This document shows positions 1 to 14,230 of a DNA stretch of 64,000 nucleotides, piece by piece. Where the stretch lies: contig CATOCA020000001.1 in NCBI GenBank assembly GCA_951406725.2, forward strand, positions 8,432,001 to 8,496,000, in the 5' to 3' direction. The notes below the pieces were generated by a model. It saw only the letters and a program-made list of their open reading frames with translations. It had not been told where the DNA came from and searched no databases. Origin of the DNA: Octopus vulgaris (Eukaryota). Position 1 is the stretch's first letter. Each line of letters starts with the position of its first letter. A program made the translations under genes and the position numbers.

Positions 1-233
1 TCTTTCCTTCGTTGTTTCTTTTTTCCTTTCTTTCTTCCTTTCTTCCTTTCTTTCTTTCTTTCTTTTTTTCTGCCTTTCCTTCATTCTATCTTCCTTTCTT
101 TCTTCATTTCTGTCTTACTTTCTTCCTTTCTTCCTTTCTTTCTTTCTTCCTTTCTTTCTTTCTTCCTTCGTTTCTTTCTTTCTTTGTTGCTGTCAGTCTA
201 TCTTTCTTTTTTCCTTTCTTTCTTTCTATCTTC

Positions 234-270
<37 letters not shown>

Positions 271-486
271 TTTCTTTCATTCTTCCTTCCTATCTTTCTT
301 TCTTTCTTCCTGTCCGTCTTTCTTTCTTCCTTTCTTCCTTTCTTTTCTTTCTTTCTTTCTTTCTTTTTCTTTCTTCCTTTCTTCCTTTCTTTCTTTCTCT
401 TCTTTCTTCTTTCTTTCTTTCTTTCTTTCTTTCCTTTCTTTCTTCTTTCTTCCTTCCTTCCTTCTTTTCTTTCTTTCTTTCTTCCT

Positions 487-524
<38 letters not shown>

Positions 525-670
525 TTCTTTCTTTCCTTCCTTTCTTTCTTTCTTCCTTTCTTTCTTTCTTTCTTCCTTCCTTCCCTTTCTTTCTTCCTTC
601 CTTTCTTTCCTTTCTTCCTTTCTTTCTTCTTTTTTCCTGACAGTCTTTTCCTTCTTCCTTTCTTTCTTTC

Positions 671-710
<40 letters not shown>

Positions 711-755
711 TTTCTTTCTTTCTTTCTTTCTTTCTTCTTCTTTCTTTCTTCCTTC

Positions 756-795
<40 letters not shown>

Positions 796-1553
796 TCTTC
801 TTTCTTTCTTTCTTTCTTCCTTCCTTTCTTTCGTTCTTTCTTTTTCTTTCCTTCCTTTCTTCTTTCTTTCCTTTCCTTTCTTTCTTTCTTTCTTTCTTCC
901 TTTCTTTCTTCCTTCCTTTCTTTCTTCCTTTCTTTCTTTCTTTCTTCCTTTCTTTCTTTCTTTCTTCCAGTTCTTTCTTTCTTCCTTCAATTTCTTTCTT
1001 TCTTTCTTTCCTTTCTTTCATTCTTCCTTTCTTTCTTTCTTTCTTTCTTCCTGTCCAGTCTTTCTTTCTTCCTTTCTTCCTTTCTTTCTTTCTTTCTTTC
1101 TTTCTTCCTTTCTTCCTTTCTTCCTTTCTTTCTTTCTTTCTTCTTTCTTCCTTTCTTTTCCTTTCTTCCTTTCTTCCTTTCTTTCTTTCTTTCTTCTTTC
1201 TTTTCCTTTCTTTCTTCTTTCTTCTCTTTCTTTCTTCCTTTCCTTCTTTCTTTCTTTCTTTCTTTCTTCCTTTCTTTCTTTCTTTCTTTCTTCCTTTCTT
1301 CCTTTTTCCTTTCTTTCTTTCTTTCTTTCTTCCTTTCCTTTCTTTCTTTCCTTCTTTCTTTCTTTCCTTTCTTTCTTTCTTCCTTTCTTTCTTTCTTTCT
1401 TTCTTTTTCTTCCTTTCTTTCTTCCTTCCTTTCTTTCTTTCTTTCTTTCTTCCTTTCTTTCTTCTTCTTTCTTCCTTTCTTTCTTCTCTTTCTTTCTTTC
1501 TTTCTTCCTTTCTTTCTTTCTTTCTTTCTTTCTTCCTTTCTTTCTTTCTTCCT

Positions 1554-1586
<33 letters not shown>

Positions 1587-1608
1587 TTCCTTCTTTCTTT
1601 CTTTCTTC

Positions 1609-1649
<41 letters not shown>

Positions 1650-1681
1650 TTTCTTTCTTTCTTTCTTTTTCCTTTCTTTCT

Positions 1682-1719
<38 letters not shown>

Positions 1720-1842
1720 TTTCTTCCTTTCTTTCTTTCTTCCTTTCTTTCATTCTTTCTTTCTTTCTTTCCTTTTCTTTCTTTCTTTCCTTTCTTTCTT
1801 CCTTTCTTTCTTTCTTTCTTCCTTCCTTTCTTTCTTCCTTTC

Positions 1843-1875
<33 letters not shown>

Positions 1876-1920
1876 TTTCTTCCTTTCTTTTCTTTCTTTC
1901 TCTCTTCTTTTCTTTCTTTC

Positions 1921-1951
<31 letters not shown>

Positions 1952-1982
1952 TTCTTTCTTTTCTTTCTTCCTTTCTTTCTTT

Positions 1983-2048
<66 letters not shown>

Positions 2049-2091
2049 TTTCTTTCTTTCTTTCTTTCTTTCTTCCTTTCTTTCTTTCTTC

Positions 2092-2138
<47 letters not shown>

Positions 2139-2250
2139 TCCTTTCTTTCTTTCTTTCTTCCTTCCTTTCTTTCTTTCTTTCTTTCCTTTCTTTCTTTCTT
2201 TCTTTCTTCCTTTCTTCTTTCTTTCTTTCTTTCTTTCTTCCTTTCTTTCT

Positions 2251-2286
<36 letters not shown>

Positions 2287-2287
2287 T

Positions 2288-2319
<32 letters not shown>

Positions 2320-2332
2320 TTTCTTTCTTCAG

Positions 2333-2366
<34 letters not shown>

Positions 2367-2383
2367 TTTCTTTCTTTTCCTTC

Positions 2384-2451
<68 letters not shown>

Positions 2452-2548
2452 AGTCTTTCTTTCTTTCTTTCTTTCTTCCTTTCTTTCTTTCTTTCTTTCT
2501 TCCTTTCTTTCTTTCTTTCTTTCTTTTTCCTTTCTTTCTTTCTTTCCT

Positions 2549-2638
<90 letters not shown>

Positions 2639-2668
2639 TTCTTTCCTTCTTTCTTTCTTTCTTTCTTC

Positions 2669-2735
<67 letters not shown>

Positions 2736-2737
2736 TC

Positions 2738-2774
<37 letters not shown>

Positions 2775-2852
2775 TTTCTTTCTTTCTTCCTTTCTTTCTT
2801 TCTTTCTTCCTTTCCTTCTTTCTTTCTTTCTTTTCTTTCTTTCTTTCTTTCC

Positions 2853-2883
<31 letters not shown>

Positions 2884-2894
2884 TTTCTTTCTTC

Positions 2895-2940
<46 letters not shown>

Positions 2941-3152
2941 CTTCTCTTTCTTTCTTTCTTTCTTTCTTTCTTTCATTCTTCCTTCCTGTCTTTCTTTCTT
3001 TCTTTCTTCCTGTCAGTCTTTCTTTCTTCCTTTCTTCCTTTCTTTCTTTCTTTCTTTCTTTCTTTCCTTTCTTTCCTTTCTTTCTTTCTTTCTTCCTTTC
3101 TTTCTTTCTTTCGTTCTTTCTTTCTTTCTTTCTTCCTTTCTTTCTTCCTTTC

Positions 3153-3183
<31 letters not shown>

Positions 3184-3440
3184 TTTCTTTCTTTCTTTCT
3201 TTCTTTCCTTTCTTTCTTCCTTTCTTTCTTCTTTCTTCCTTTCTTTCTTTCTTTCTTTCTTCTTTCTTCCTTTCTTTCTTTCTTTCTTTCTTCCTTTCTT
3301 TCTTTCTTCCTCTTTCTTTCTTTTTCTTTCTTTCTTTCTTTCTTCCTTTCTTTCTTTCTTTCTTTCTTTCTTCCTTTCTTTCTTTCTTCCTTTCTTTCTT
3401 CTTTCTTTTTCTTTCTTTCTTTCTTCCTTTCTTTCTTTCT

Positions 3441-3482
<42 letters not shown>

Positions 3483-3526
3483 TTTCTTTCTTTTTCCTTT
3501 CTTTCTTTCTTCCTTTCTTTCTTTCT

Positions 3527-3562
<36 letters not shown>

Positions 3563-3597
3563 TTTTTCTTCCTTTCTTTCTTTCTTTCTTTCTTTCT

Positions 3598-3631
<34 letters not shown>

Positions 3632-3676
3632 TTTCTTTCTTTCTTTCTTTCTTTCTTTCCTTTCTTTCTTTCTTTC

Positions 3677-3713
<37 letters not shown>

Positions 3714-3762
3714 TTTCTTTCTTTCCTTCTTTCTTTCTTTCTTTCTTTCTTCCTTTCTTTCT

Positions 3763-3800
<38 letters not shown>

Positions 3801-3829
3801 TTTCTTTCTTCTTTCTTTCTTCCTTCTTC

Positions 3830-3884
<55 letters not shown>

Positions 3885-3942
3885 TCCTTTCTTTCTTTCC
3901 TTTCTTTCTTTCTTTCTTTCTTTCTTCCTTCTTTCTTTCTTT

Positions 3943-3988
<46 letters not shown>

Positions 3989-4064
3989 TTTCTTTCTTTC
4001 TTCCTTTCTTTCTTTCTTTCTTCCTTTCTTCTTTCTTTTCCTTTCTTTCTTTCTTTCTTTCTTC

Positions 4065-4113
<49 letters not shown>

Positions 4114-4171
4114 TTCTTTCTTTCTTTCTTTCTTTCTTCCTTTCTTCCTTTCTTCCTTTCTTTCTTCCTTC

Positions 4172-4206
<35 letters not shown>

Positions 4207-4217
4207 TTCCTTCTGTC

Positions 4218-4256
<39 letters not shown>

Positions 4257-4413
4257 TCCTTCCTTTCTTTCTTTCTTCCTTTCTTTTCTTTCTTTCTTTC
4301 TTTCTTCCTTCATTTTCTTTCTTTCTTTCTTCCTTTCTTTCTTTTCCTTTCTTTCTTTCTTTCTTCTTTCTTTCTTTCTTCCTTTCTTCCTTTCTTTCTT
4401 TCTTTCTTTCTTC

Positions 4414-4448
<35 letters not shown>

Positions 4449-4481
4449 TTCGTTCGTTCTTTTTTTTTTTTTTTTTTTCTT

Positions 4482-4512
<31 letters not shown>

Positions 4513-4539
4513 TTTCTTTCTTCCTTTCTTCCTTTCTTC

Positions 4540-4584
<45 letters not shown>

Positions 4585-4686
4585 TTTCTTTCTTCCTTTC
4601 TCTTCTTTCTTTCTTTCTTTCTTTCTTTCTTTCCTTTCTTTTTTCTTCCTTTCTTTCTTTTTCTTTATTTCTTCCTTTCTTTCTTC

Positions 4687-4758
<72 letters not shown>

Positions 4759-5260
4759 TTTCAATTTCCTTTCTTTCTTTCTTTCTTCCTTTCTTTCTTT
4801 CTTCCTTCCTTTCTTTCTTTCTTTCTTCCTGTCAGTCTTTCTTTCTTCCTTTCTTCCTTTCTTTCTTTCTTTCATTCTTTCTTCTTTCTTCTTTCTTTCT
4901 TTCTTTCTTCCTTTCTTTCTTTCTTTCTTCTTTCTTGCTTTCTTTCTTCCTTTCTTTCTTTCTTCCTTTCTTTTTTTCTTTCCTTCTTTCATTCATCCTT
5001 TCTTTCTTCCTTCCTCTCTTTCTTTCTTTCTTTCTTTCTTTCTTCCTTTCTTTCTTTCTTCCTTTCTTCCTTTTGTTCGTTCTTTGTTTCTTTCTTCCTT
5101 TCCTTCATTCTTTCCATCTTTCTTTCTTTCTTTCTTTCTTCCTTCATTCCTTTCTTTCTTTCTTTCTTTCTTCCTTTGTTTCTTCCTTCCTTTCTTTCTT
5201 CTTTCTTGTTTCTTTCTTCTCTCTCTTTCTTCCTTTCTTTCTTTCTTTCTTTCTTCCTTC

Positions 5261-5291
<31 letters not shown>

Positions 5292-5463
5292 TCATTCTTC
5301 CTTCCTTTCTTCCTTTCTTTCTTTCTTTCATTCTTTCTTCCTTTCTTCCTTTCTTTCTTTCTTTCTTTCTTTCTTCCTTTCTTCTTTTCGTTCGTTCTTT
5401 CTTTCTTTCTTCCTTTCTTTCTTTCTTTCCTTCTTTCTTTCTTTCTTTCTTTCTTCCTTCCTC

Positions 5464-5495
<32 letters not shown>

Positions 5496-5498
5496 TTC

Positions 5499-5539
<41 letters not shown>

Positions 5540-5859
5540 TTTCTTTCATTCCTTCCTTCTTTCTTTCTTTCTTTCTTCCTTGTCTTTCCTTCTTCCTTTC
5601 TTCCTTTCTTTATTTCTTTCTTTCTTTCTTTCTTTCCTTTCTTTCTTCCTTCATTTCTTTCTTTCTTTCTTTCTTTCTTCCTTTGTTTCTTCCTTCCTTT
5701 CTTTCTTTCTTTCCTTTCTTTCTTTCTTCCTTTCTTTCTTCCTTTTTTCCTGTCTTTCTTTCTTTCTTCCTTCAATTTCTTTCTTTCTTTCTTTCTTCCT
5801 TTCTTTCATTCTTCCTTCTTTCTTTCTTTCTTTCTCTGTCTTTCTTTCTTTCTTTCTTC

Positions 5860-5896
<37 letters not shown>

Positions 5897-5932
5897 TTTC
5901 TTCCTTTGTTTCTTCCTTCCTTTCTTTCTTCC

Positions 5933-5963
<31 letters not shown>

Positions 5964-6110
5964 TTTTTTCCTGTCAGTCTTTCTTTCTTCCTTCAATTTC
6001 TTTCTTTCTTTCTTTTTCCTTTCTTTCATTCTTCCTTCCTTTCTTTCTTTCTTTCTTTCTGTCAGTCTTTCTTTCTTCCTTTCTTTCTTTCTTTCTTTCT
6101 TCCTTTCTTC

Positions 6111-6196
<86 letters not shown>

Positions 6197-6217
6197 GCCT
6201 TTCCTTCATTCTTCTTC

Positions 6218-6258
<41 letters not shown>

Positions 6259-6320
6259 TTTCTTTCTTTCTTCCTTTCTTTCTTTCTTCCTTCGTTTCTT
6301 TCTTTCTTTGTTTCTGTCAG

Positions 6321-6352
<32 letters not shown>

Positions 6353-6369
6353 CCTCTCTTTCTTTCTTC

Positions 6370-6402
<33 letters not shown>

Positions 6403-6740
6403 TTTCTTTCATTCTTCCTTCCTTTCTTTCTTTCTTTCTTCCTGTTCTTTCTTTCTTCCTTTCTTCCTTTCTTTCTTTCTTTCTTTCTTCCTTTCTTTCT
6501 TTCTTTCTTTCTTTCTTCCTTTCTTCCTTTCTTCCTTTCTTTCTTTCTTTCTTCTTTCTTTCTTTTGTTCGTTCTTTCTTTCTTTCTTCCTTTCTTTCTT
6601 TCTTTCCTTCTTTCTTTCTTCCTTTCTTTCTTCCTTCCTTTCTTTCTTTCTGTCTTTCTTCCTTTCTTTCTTCCTTCCTTTGTTTCTTCCTTCCTTTCTT
6701 TCTTTCTTCCTTTCTTCCTGTCAGTCTTTCTTTCTTTCCT

Positions 6741-6778
<38 letters not shown>

Positions 6779-6857
6779 TTCCTTTCTTTCTTTCTTTCTT
6801 CCTTTCTTTCTTTCTTTCCTTTCTTCCTTTCTTTCTTTCTTTCTTTCTTCTTTCTTC

Positions 6858-6898
<41 letters not shown>

Positions 6899-6903
6899 TT
6901 TCT

Positions 6904-6945
<42 letters not shown>

Positions 6946-7011
6946 TTTCTTTCTTTCTTCCTCTCTTTCTCTTTCTTTTCTTTCTTTCTTTCTTTCTTCC
7001 TTTCTTTCTTC

Positions 7012-7044
<33 letters not shown>

Positions 7045-7176
7045 TTTCTTCCTTTCTTTCTTTCTTCCTTCCTTTCTTTCTTTCTTTCTTTCTTTCCTTT
7101 CCTTTCTTTCTTTCTTTCCTTCCTTTCTTCCTTTCTTTCCTTTCTTTCTTTCTTTCTTTCTTTCTTTCCTTTCTTC

Positions 7177-7229
<53 letters not shown>

Positions 7230-7328
7230 TTTCTTCCTTTCTTTCTTTCTTTCTTTCTTTTCTTTCTTTCTTTCTTCTTTCTTTCTTTCTTTCTTTCTTT
7301 CTTCTTTCTTTCTTTCTTTCTTTCTTAC

Positions 7329-7371
<43 letters not shown>

Positions 7372-7429
7372 TTCTTTCTTTCTTTTTCCTTTCTTTCTTT
7401 CTTCCTTTCTTTCTTTCTTTCTTTCTTTC

Positions 7430-7470
<41 letters not shown>

Positions 7471-7481
7471 TTCCTTTCTTC

Positions 7482-7530
<49 letters not shown>

Positions 7531-7646
7531 TTTCTTTATTTCTTTCTTTCTTTCTTCCTTTCTTCCTTTCTTTCTTTCTCTTCTTTCTTTCTGCCTTTCT
7601 TTCATTCTTTCTTCCTTTCTTTCTTCATTTCTGTCTTACTTTCTTC

Positions 7647-7685
<39 letters not shown>

Positions 7686-7746
7686 TCCTTCTTTCTTTCT
7701 TTCTTCTTTCTGTCCTATCTTTCTTTCTTCCTTTCTTTCTTTCTTC

Positions 7747-7787
<41 letters not shown>

Positions 7788-7807
7788 TTTCTTTCTTTCT
7801 TTTTCCT

Positions 7808-7890
<83 letters not shown>

Positions 7891-7957
7891 TTTCTTTCTT
7901 TATTTCTTTCTTCCTTTCTTCCTTTCTTCCTTTCTTTCTTTCTTTCTTCCTTTCTTC

Positions 7958-8000
<43 letters not shown>

Positions 8001-8100
8001 TCCTTCTTTCTTTCTTCCTTTCTTTCTTTCTTCCTTCCTTTCTTCCTTTCTTTCTTTCTTTCTTTCTTTCTTTATTTCTTCCTTCAGTCTTTCTTTCTTC

Positions 8101-8172
<72 letters not shown>

Positions 8173-8238
8173 TTTCTTTCTTTCTTCCTTTCTTTATTTC
8201 TTCTTTCTTTCTTTCTTCTTTCCTTTCTTTCTTTCTTT

Positions 8239-8297
<59 letters not shown>

Positions 8298-8968
8298 ATC
8301 TTTCTTCCTTTCTTTCATTCTTCCTTCCTGTCTTTCTTTCTTTATTTCTTCCTGTCTTTCTTTCTTTCCTTCCTTTCTTTCTTTCTTTCTTTCTTCCTTT
8401 CTTCCTTTCTTCCTTTCTTTCTTTCTTTCTTCCTTTCTTCCTTTTGTTCGTTCTTTCTTTCTTTCTTTCATTTCCTTCTTTCTTTCTTTCTTTCTTTCTT
8501 CCTTTCTTTCTTCCTTCCTTCCTTTCTTTCTTTCTTTCTTTCTTCCTTTGTTTCTTCCTTCCTTTGTTTCTTCCTTCCTTCCTTTCTTTCTTCCTTTCTT
8601 TCTTTTTTTTCCTGTCAGTCTTTCTTTCTTCCTTCAATTTCTTTCTTTCTTTCTTTTTCCTTTCTTTCATTCTTCCTTCCTTTATTTCTTTCTTTCTTCC
8701 TGTCAGTCTTTCTTTCTTCCTTTCTTCCTTTCTTTCTTTCTTTCTTTCCTTCTTTCTTCCTTTCTTCCTTTCTTCCTTTCTTTCTTACTGCATTTCTTCC
8801 TTTCGTTCGTTCTTTCTTTCTTTCTTCCTTTCTTTTTTTCTTTCCTTCTTTCATTCATCCTTTCTTTCTTCCTTCCTCTCTTTCTTTCTTTCTTTCTTCC
8901 TTTCTTCCTTTCTTTCTTTCTTTCTTCCTTTCTTCCTTTTGTTCGTTCTTTGTTTCTTTCTTCCTTTC

Positions 8969-9057
<89 letters not shown>

Positions 9058-9119
9058 TTCCTTTCTTTCTTCCTTCCTTCCTTTCTTTCTTCCTTTCTTT
9101 CTTCCTTTTTTCCTGTCAG

Positions 9120-9155
<36 letters not shown>

Positions 9156-9225
9156 TCCTTTCTTTCTTTCTTCCTTCCTTTATTTCTTTCTTTCTTCCTG
9201 TCAGTCTTTCTTTCTTCCTTTCTTC

Positions 9226-9258
<33 letters not shown>

Positions 9259-10236
9259 TTTCTTTCTTTCTTCCTTTCTTTCTTTCTTTCTTCCTTTCTT
9301 CCTTTCGTTCGTTCTTTCTTTCTTTCTTCCTTTCTTTTTTTCTTTCCTTCTTTCATTCATTTCTTTCTTTCTTCCTTTCTTTCTTTCTTTCTTTCTTTCT
9401 TCCTTTCTTCCTTTCTTTCTTTCTTTCTTTCTTCCTTTCTTCCTTTTGTTCGTTCTTTGTTTCTTTCTTCCTTTCCTTCATTCTTTCCATCTTTCTTTCT
9501 TCCTTTCTTTCTTCCTTCATTCCTTTCTTTCTTTCTTTATTTCTTCCTTTCTTTCTTCCTTTCTTTCTTTCTTTCTTTCTTTCTTCCTCTCTTTCTTCCT
9601 TTTTTCCTGTCAGTCTTTCTTTCTTCCTTCAATTTCTTTCTTTCTTTCTTTTTCCTTTCTTTCATTCTTCCTTCCTTTCTTCCTTTCTTTCTTTCTTTCA
9701 TTCTTTCTTCCTTTCTTCCTTTCTTCCTTTCTTTCTTTCTTTCTTCCTTTCTTCTTTTCGTTCGTTCTTTCTTTCTTTCTTCCTTTCTTTTTTTCTTTCC
9801 TTCTTTCTTTCATCCTTTCTTTCTTCCTTCCTCTCTTTCTTTCATTCTTTCTTCCTTTCTATCTTCCTTCCTTTCTTTCTTTCTTCCTTTCTTTCTTCCT
9901 TTCTTTCATCCTTTCTTTCTTCCTTCCTCTCTTTCTTTCATTCTTTCTTCCTTTCTATCTTCCTTCCTTTCTTTCTTTCTTCCTTTCTTTCTTCCTTTCT
10001 TTCTTTCTTTCTTCCTTTCTTTCTTTCTTCATTCCTTTCTTTCTTTCTTTCTTTCTTCCTTTCTTTCTTCCTTTCTTTCTTTCTTTCTTTCCTTTCTTTC
10101 TTTCTTCCTCTCTTTCTTCCTTTTTTCCTGTCAGTCTTTCTTTCTTCCTTCAATTTCTTTCTTTCTTTCTTTCTTCCTTTCTTTCATTCTTCCTTCCTTT
10201 CTTTCTTTCTTTCTTACTGTCAGTCTTTCTTTCTTC

Positions 10237-10285
<49 letters not shown>

Positions 10286-10385
10286 TTTCTTTCTTTCTTT
10301 CTTTCCTTTCTTTCTTTCTTTCCTTTCTTACTTTCATTCTTTCTGTCTTCCTTTCTTTCTTCTTTCATTCTTTCTTTCTTCCTTC

Positions 10386-10420
<35 letters not shown>

Positions 10421-10496
10421 TCATCTTCCTTTCTTCCTTTCTTTCTTCCTTCCTTTCTTTCTTTCTTTCTTCCTTTCTTTCTTCCTTTCTTTCTTC

Positions 10497-10529
<33 letters not shown>

Positions 10530-10790
10530 TTTCTTTTTTCTTTCCTTCTTTCTTTCATCCTTACTTTCTTCCTTCCTCTCTTTCTTTCAATCTTTCTTCC
10601 TTTCTTTCTTCCTTCCTTTGTTTCTTCCTTCCTTTCTTTCTTTCTTCCTTTTTCCTGTCAGTCTTTCTTTCTTTCTTCCTTCCTTTCTTTCTTTCTTTCC
10701 TTCTTTCTTTCTTTCTTCCTCCCTTTCTTTCTTTCTTCCTTTCTTTCTTCCTTTCTTTCTTTCCTTCTTCCTTTCTTTCTTTCTTTCTTG
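1..10790. repeat. 10.8-kb (TTTC)n/(CTTT)n polypyrimidine satellite with degenerate higher-order units
   Basis: Almost pure C/T on the + strand; recurrent interruptions ctgtcagtc, ttcgttcg, ttcaatttc, ttcattc. Confidence 0.97.
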
Positions 10791-11092
10791 CATGCATGTA
10801 TGTATATCTGTATGTATGTATATCTGTATGCATGTAAGTATATCTGTATGTATGAATGTACGTATGTGTGTAGGTGTGTATGTACGTATGTATGAATGTA
10901 TGTGTGTATATCCGAATGTATGTATGTATGTATATCTATATGAATGTATGTATGAATGTATGTCTGTATATCTTTTTGTGTGTATGTATGTGTCTAAGTA
11001 TGTACGTATATCTGTATGTATGTATGTATGTATATATATCTGTATGTATGTATGTATGTATCTCTATATGTATGTATGTATGTATGTATATC

Positions 11093-11124
<32 letters not shown>

Positions 11125-11195
11125 TGTATGTATGTATGTATGTATGTGGGTATGTATGTATGTACATCTGTATGTATGAATGTATTTTGTATATC

Positions 11196-11227
<32 letters not shown>

Positions 11228-11292
11228 TGTATATCTATATGTATGTATATATTTCTGTATGTATGTCTATCTATATGTATGTATGTATTTAT
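10791..11292. repeat. (TATG)n microsatellite
   Basis: Degenerate tatg/tgta array. Confidence 0.95.
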
Positions 11293-11718
11293 ACTCTTAC
11301 TCTTTACTCATTTAATTGTTTCAGTCATTTGACTGCGGCCATGCTAGAGCACCACCTTTAGTCGAGCAAATAGACCCAGTGAGTTATTCTTTGTAAGCCC
11401 AGTACTTATTCTATCGGTATCTGTTGCCGAACCGCTAAGTGAGGGGTATGTAAACACACCAGCATCGGTTGTCAAGCAATGCTAGGGTGACAAACACCGA
11501 CACACAAACATATACACACATACATACATATATATATATATAATATACATATATACGACAGGCTTCTTTCAGTTTCCGTCTACCAAATCCACTCACAAGG
11601 TTTTGGTCGGCCCGGGGCTATAGCAGAAGACACTTGCCCAAGATGCCACGCAGTGGGACTGAACCCGGGACCATGTGGTTGTTAAGCAAACTACTTACCA
11701 CACAGCCACTCCTGCGCC
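11293..11718 (-). mobile_element. tRNA-derived SINE family A (octopus OK-like), full length
   Basis: Minus strand: head with A box tggctgtgtggtaag and B box gggttcagtccc, internal (TA)/(TG) tract, 3' half ending in an aaaagagt-like tail; same element recurs more than 20 times in the window. Confidence 0.85.
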
Positions 11719-11802
11719 TGTATGTATGTATGTGTGTATGTATGTATGTATGTGTTTATGTATGTATGTATGTATGTATGTATGTATGTATGTGTTTGTG
11801 TG

Positions 11803-11834
<32 letters not shown>

Positions 11835-12207
11835 GCCAGCTGGGAATGAAGTAGGGATATGTAAATATCTGATATTTACTTGCTTGAAATTCTTAGAAAA
11901 TATAAACTAGATTTTCATCATTAGCATTTCAGGTTCTGATTGGCCATTTTACTTTAGAAACAGGATGTTACCATGGAAATAGACTGAATGACGCAATTGA
12001 AACTTGCTGAATTTTATCTAAACTGGGTAACACCCACACATACCTACACATACACACTATAGCACACACATATATATAAGTATATATATATATATATATA
12101 CATATATGCGCATGTCTTCCTGTAATATATATACATAAAGAAATTATTATTATCATCATCATCAATATAATTATTATATTACAATTATATTACATATAAG
12201 ATAGTGA

Positions 12208-12727
12208 AGGCGTGGCTGTGTGATAAGTAGCTTGCTAACCAACCACATGGTTCCGGGTTCAGTCCCACTGCGTGGCATCTTGGGCAAGTGTCTTCTGCTA
12301 TAGCCCCGGGCCGACCAAAACCTGTGAGTGGATTTGGTAGACGGAAACTGAAAGACGCCCGTTGTATATATGTTTATATATGTGCATAGGTGCAGGAGTG
12401 GCTGTGTGGTAAGTAGCTTGCTAACCAACCACATGGTTCCGGGTTCAGTCCCACTGCGTGGCATCTTGGGCAAATGTCTTCTGCTATAGCCCCGGGCCGA
12501 CCAATGCCTTGTGAGTGGATTTGGTAGACGGAAACTGAAAGAAGCCTGTCGTATATATGTATATAGGTGCAGGAGTTGCTGTGTGTTAAGTAGCATGCTA
12601 ACCAACCACATGGTTCCTGGTTCAGTCCCACTGCGTGGCATCTTGGGCAAGTGTCTTCTGCTATAGCCTCGGGCTGACCAAAGCCTTGTGAGTGGATTTG
12701 GTAGACGGAAACTGAAAGAAGTCTGTC

Positions 12728-12792
<65 letters not shown>

Positions 12793-13296
12793 CTTGTGTT
12801 TGTCCCCCTAGCATTGCTTGACAATCGATGCTGGTGTGTTTATGTCCCCGTTACTTAGCGGTTCGGCAAAACAGACCGATAGAATAAGTACTGGGCTAAC
12901 AAAAGAATAAGTCCCGGGATCGATTTGCTCGATTAAAGGCGGTGCTCCAGCATGGCCGCAGTCAAATGACTGAAACAAGTAAAAGAGTAAAAGAGTATAT
13001 ATATATATAAAGCCTTGTGAGTGGATTTGGTAGACGGAAACTGAAAGAAGCCTGTCGTATATATGTATATATATTTATGTGTGTGTCTGTGTTTGTCCCC
13101 CTAACATTGCTTGACAATCGATGTTGGTGTGTTTACGTCCTCGTTACTTAGCGGTTCGGCAAAAGAGACCGATAGAATAAGTACTGGGCTTACAAAAGAA
13201 TAAGTCCCGGGATCGATTTGCTCGATTAAAGGCGGTGCTCCAGCATGGCCGCAGTCAAATTACTGAAACGAGTAAAAGAGTAAAAGGGTAAAGAGA
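12208..13296 (+). mobile_element. SINE family A cluster: heads at ~12208 and ~12388, full copy 12565-12996, 5'-truncated copy 13009-13296
   Basis: Repeated ggagtggctgtgtggtaagtagcttgc...ggaaactgaaagaagcc heads; 3' halves end gactgaaacaagtaaaagagtaaaagag. Confidence 0.88.
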
Positions 13297-13344
13297 GCAA
13301 TGAAAAACAAAAAAAAAAGTACTAATAAAAATGAAAAGAATGAT

Positions 13345-13560
13345 CCTCCGTCGGTTACGACGACGAGTGCTCCAGCTGATCAGATTAGCGGAAAAGTCTG
13401 TTCAGGAAATTAACGTGCAAAGAATGACTGGGTACTCCACAGAAACGCGCACCCTTAACTTAGTTCTCAGGGAGAGTCGGTGTAAGAAACAAGAGTGTGT
13501 GTGTGACAGGGGCTGGCCCCTTTTTGAAATACAGGTACTAATCATTTTTTGCCAGCTGAA
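13345..13560 (-). mobile_element. 3' fragment of SINE family B (diverged)
   Basis: ctccgtcggttacgacgacgag...gaaatacaggtac matches 22115-22295. Confidence 0.75.
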
Positions 13561-13572
13561 TGAATTGGTGTA

Positions 13573-13771
13573 ATACTCCTTTACTTGTTTCAGTCATTTG
13601 ACTGCGGCCATGCTGGAGCACCGCCTTTAGTCGAGCAACTCGACCCCGGGACTTATTCTTTTTGCAAGCTCAGTACTTATTCTATCGGTCTCTTTTTGCC
13701 GAACCGCTAAGTGACGGGGACGTAAACACACCAGCATCGGTTGTCAAGCAATGCTAGGGGAACAAACACAG

Positions 13772-13833
<62 letters not shown>

Positions 13834-13997
13834 GACAGGCTTCTTTCAGTTTCCGTCTACCAAATCCACTCACAAGGCATTGGTCGGCCCGGGGCTATAG
13901 CAGAAGACACTTGCCCAAGATGCCACGCAGTGGGACTGAACCCAGAACCATGTGGTTGGTTAGCAAGCTACTTACCATACAGCCACTCCTGCGCCTA
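13573..13997 (-). mobile_element. SINE family A, full length
   Basis: Near-identical to other family A copies. Confidence 0.88.
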
Positions 13998-14230
13998 ATG
14001 TGGAATAAAGTGACTTGCTTAAGGATGCAAAGCGTCGCCGGGAAACGCACCTACTACGAAGGTGAGAGAATACCAGAAACACAAAAAGCCAGGCGCCTTA
14101 CACACACACACACACATACACACACGCTCCCCCTCTCTCTCTCTCTCTCTCTCTCTGTCACACACGCAATAAGTGTATGTGTGTCTATGTATAGTGTGTG
14201 CGTAATTGGACATGCATACATTATATTCAC

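Noticed and set aside
12-11361. Giant F/L/S ORFs (3627, 3725, 1917 aa) and antisense K/E/R ORFs
   Set aside because: Stop codons need A/G, so a pyrimidine satellite is open in all frames; no protein-like complexity
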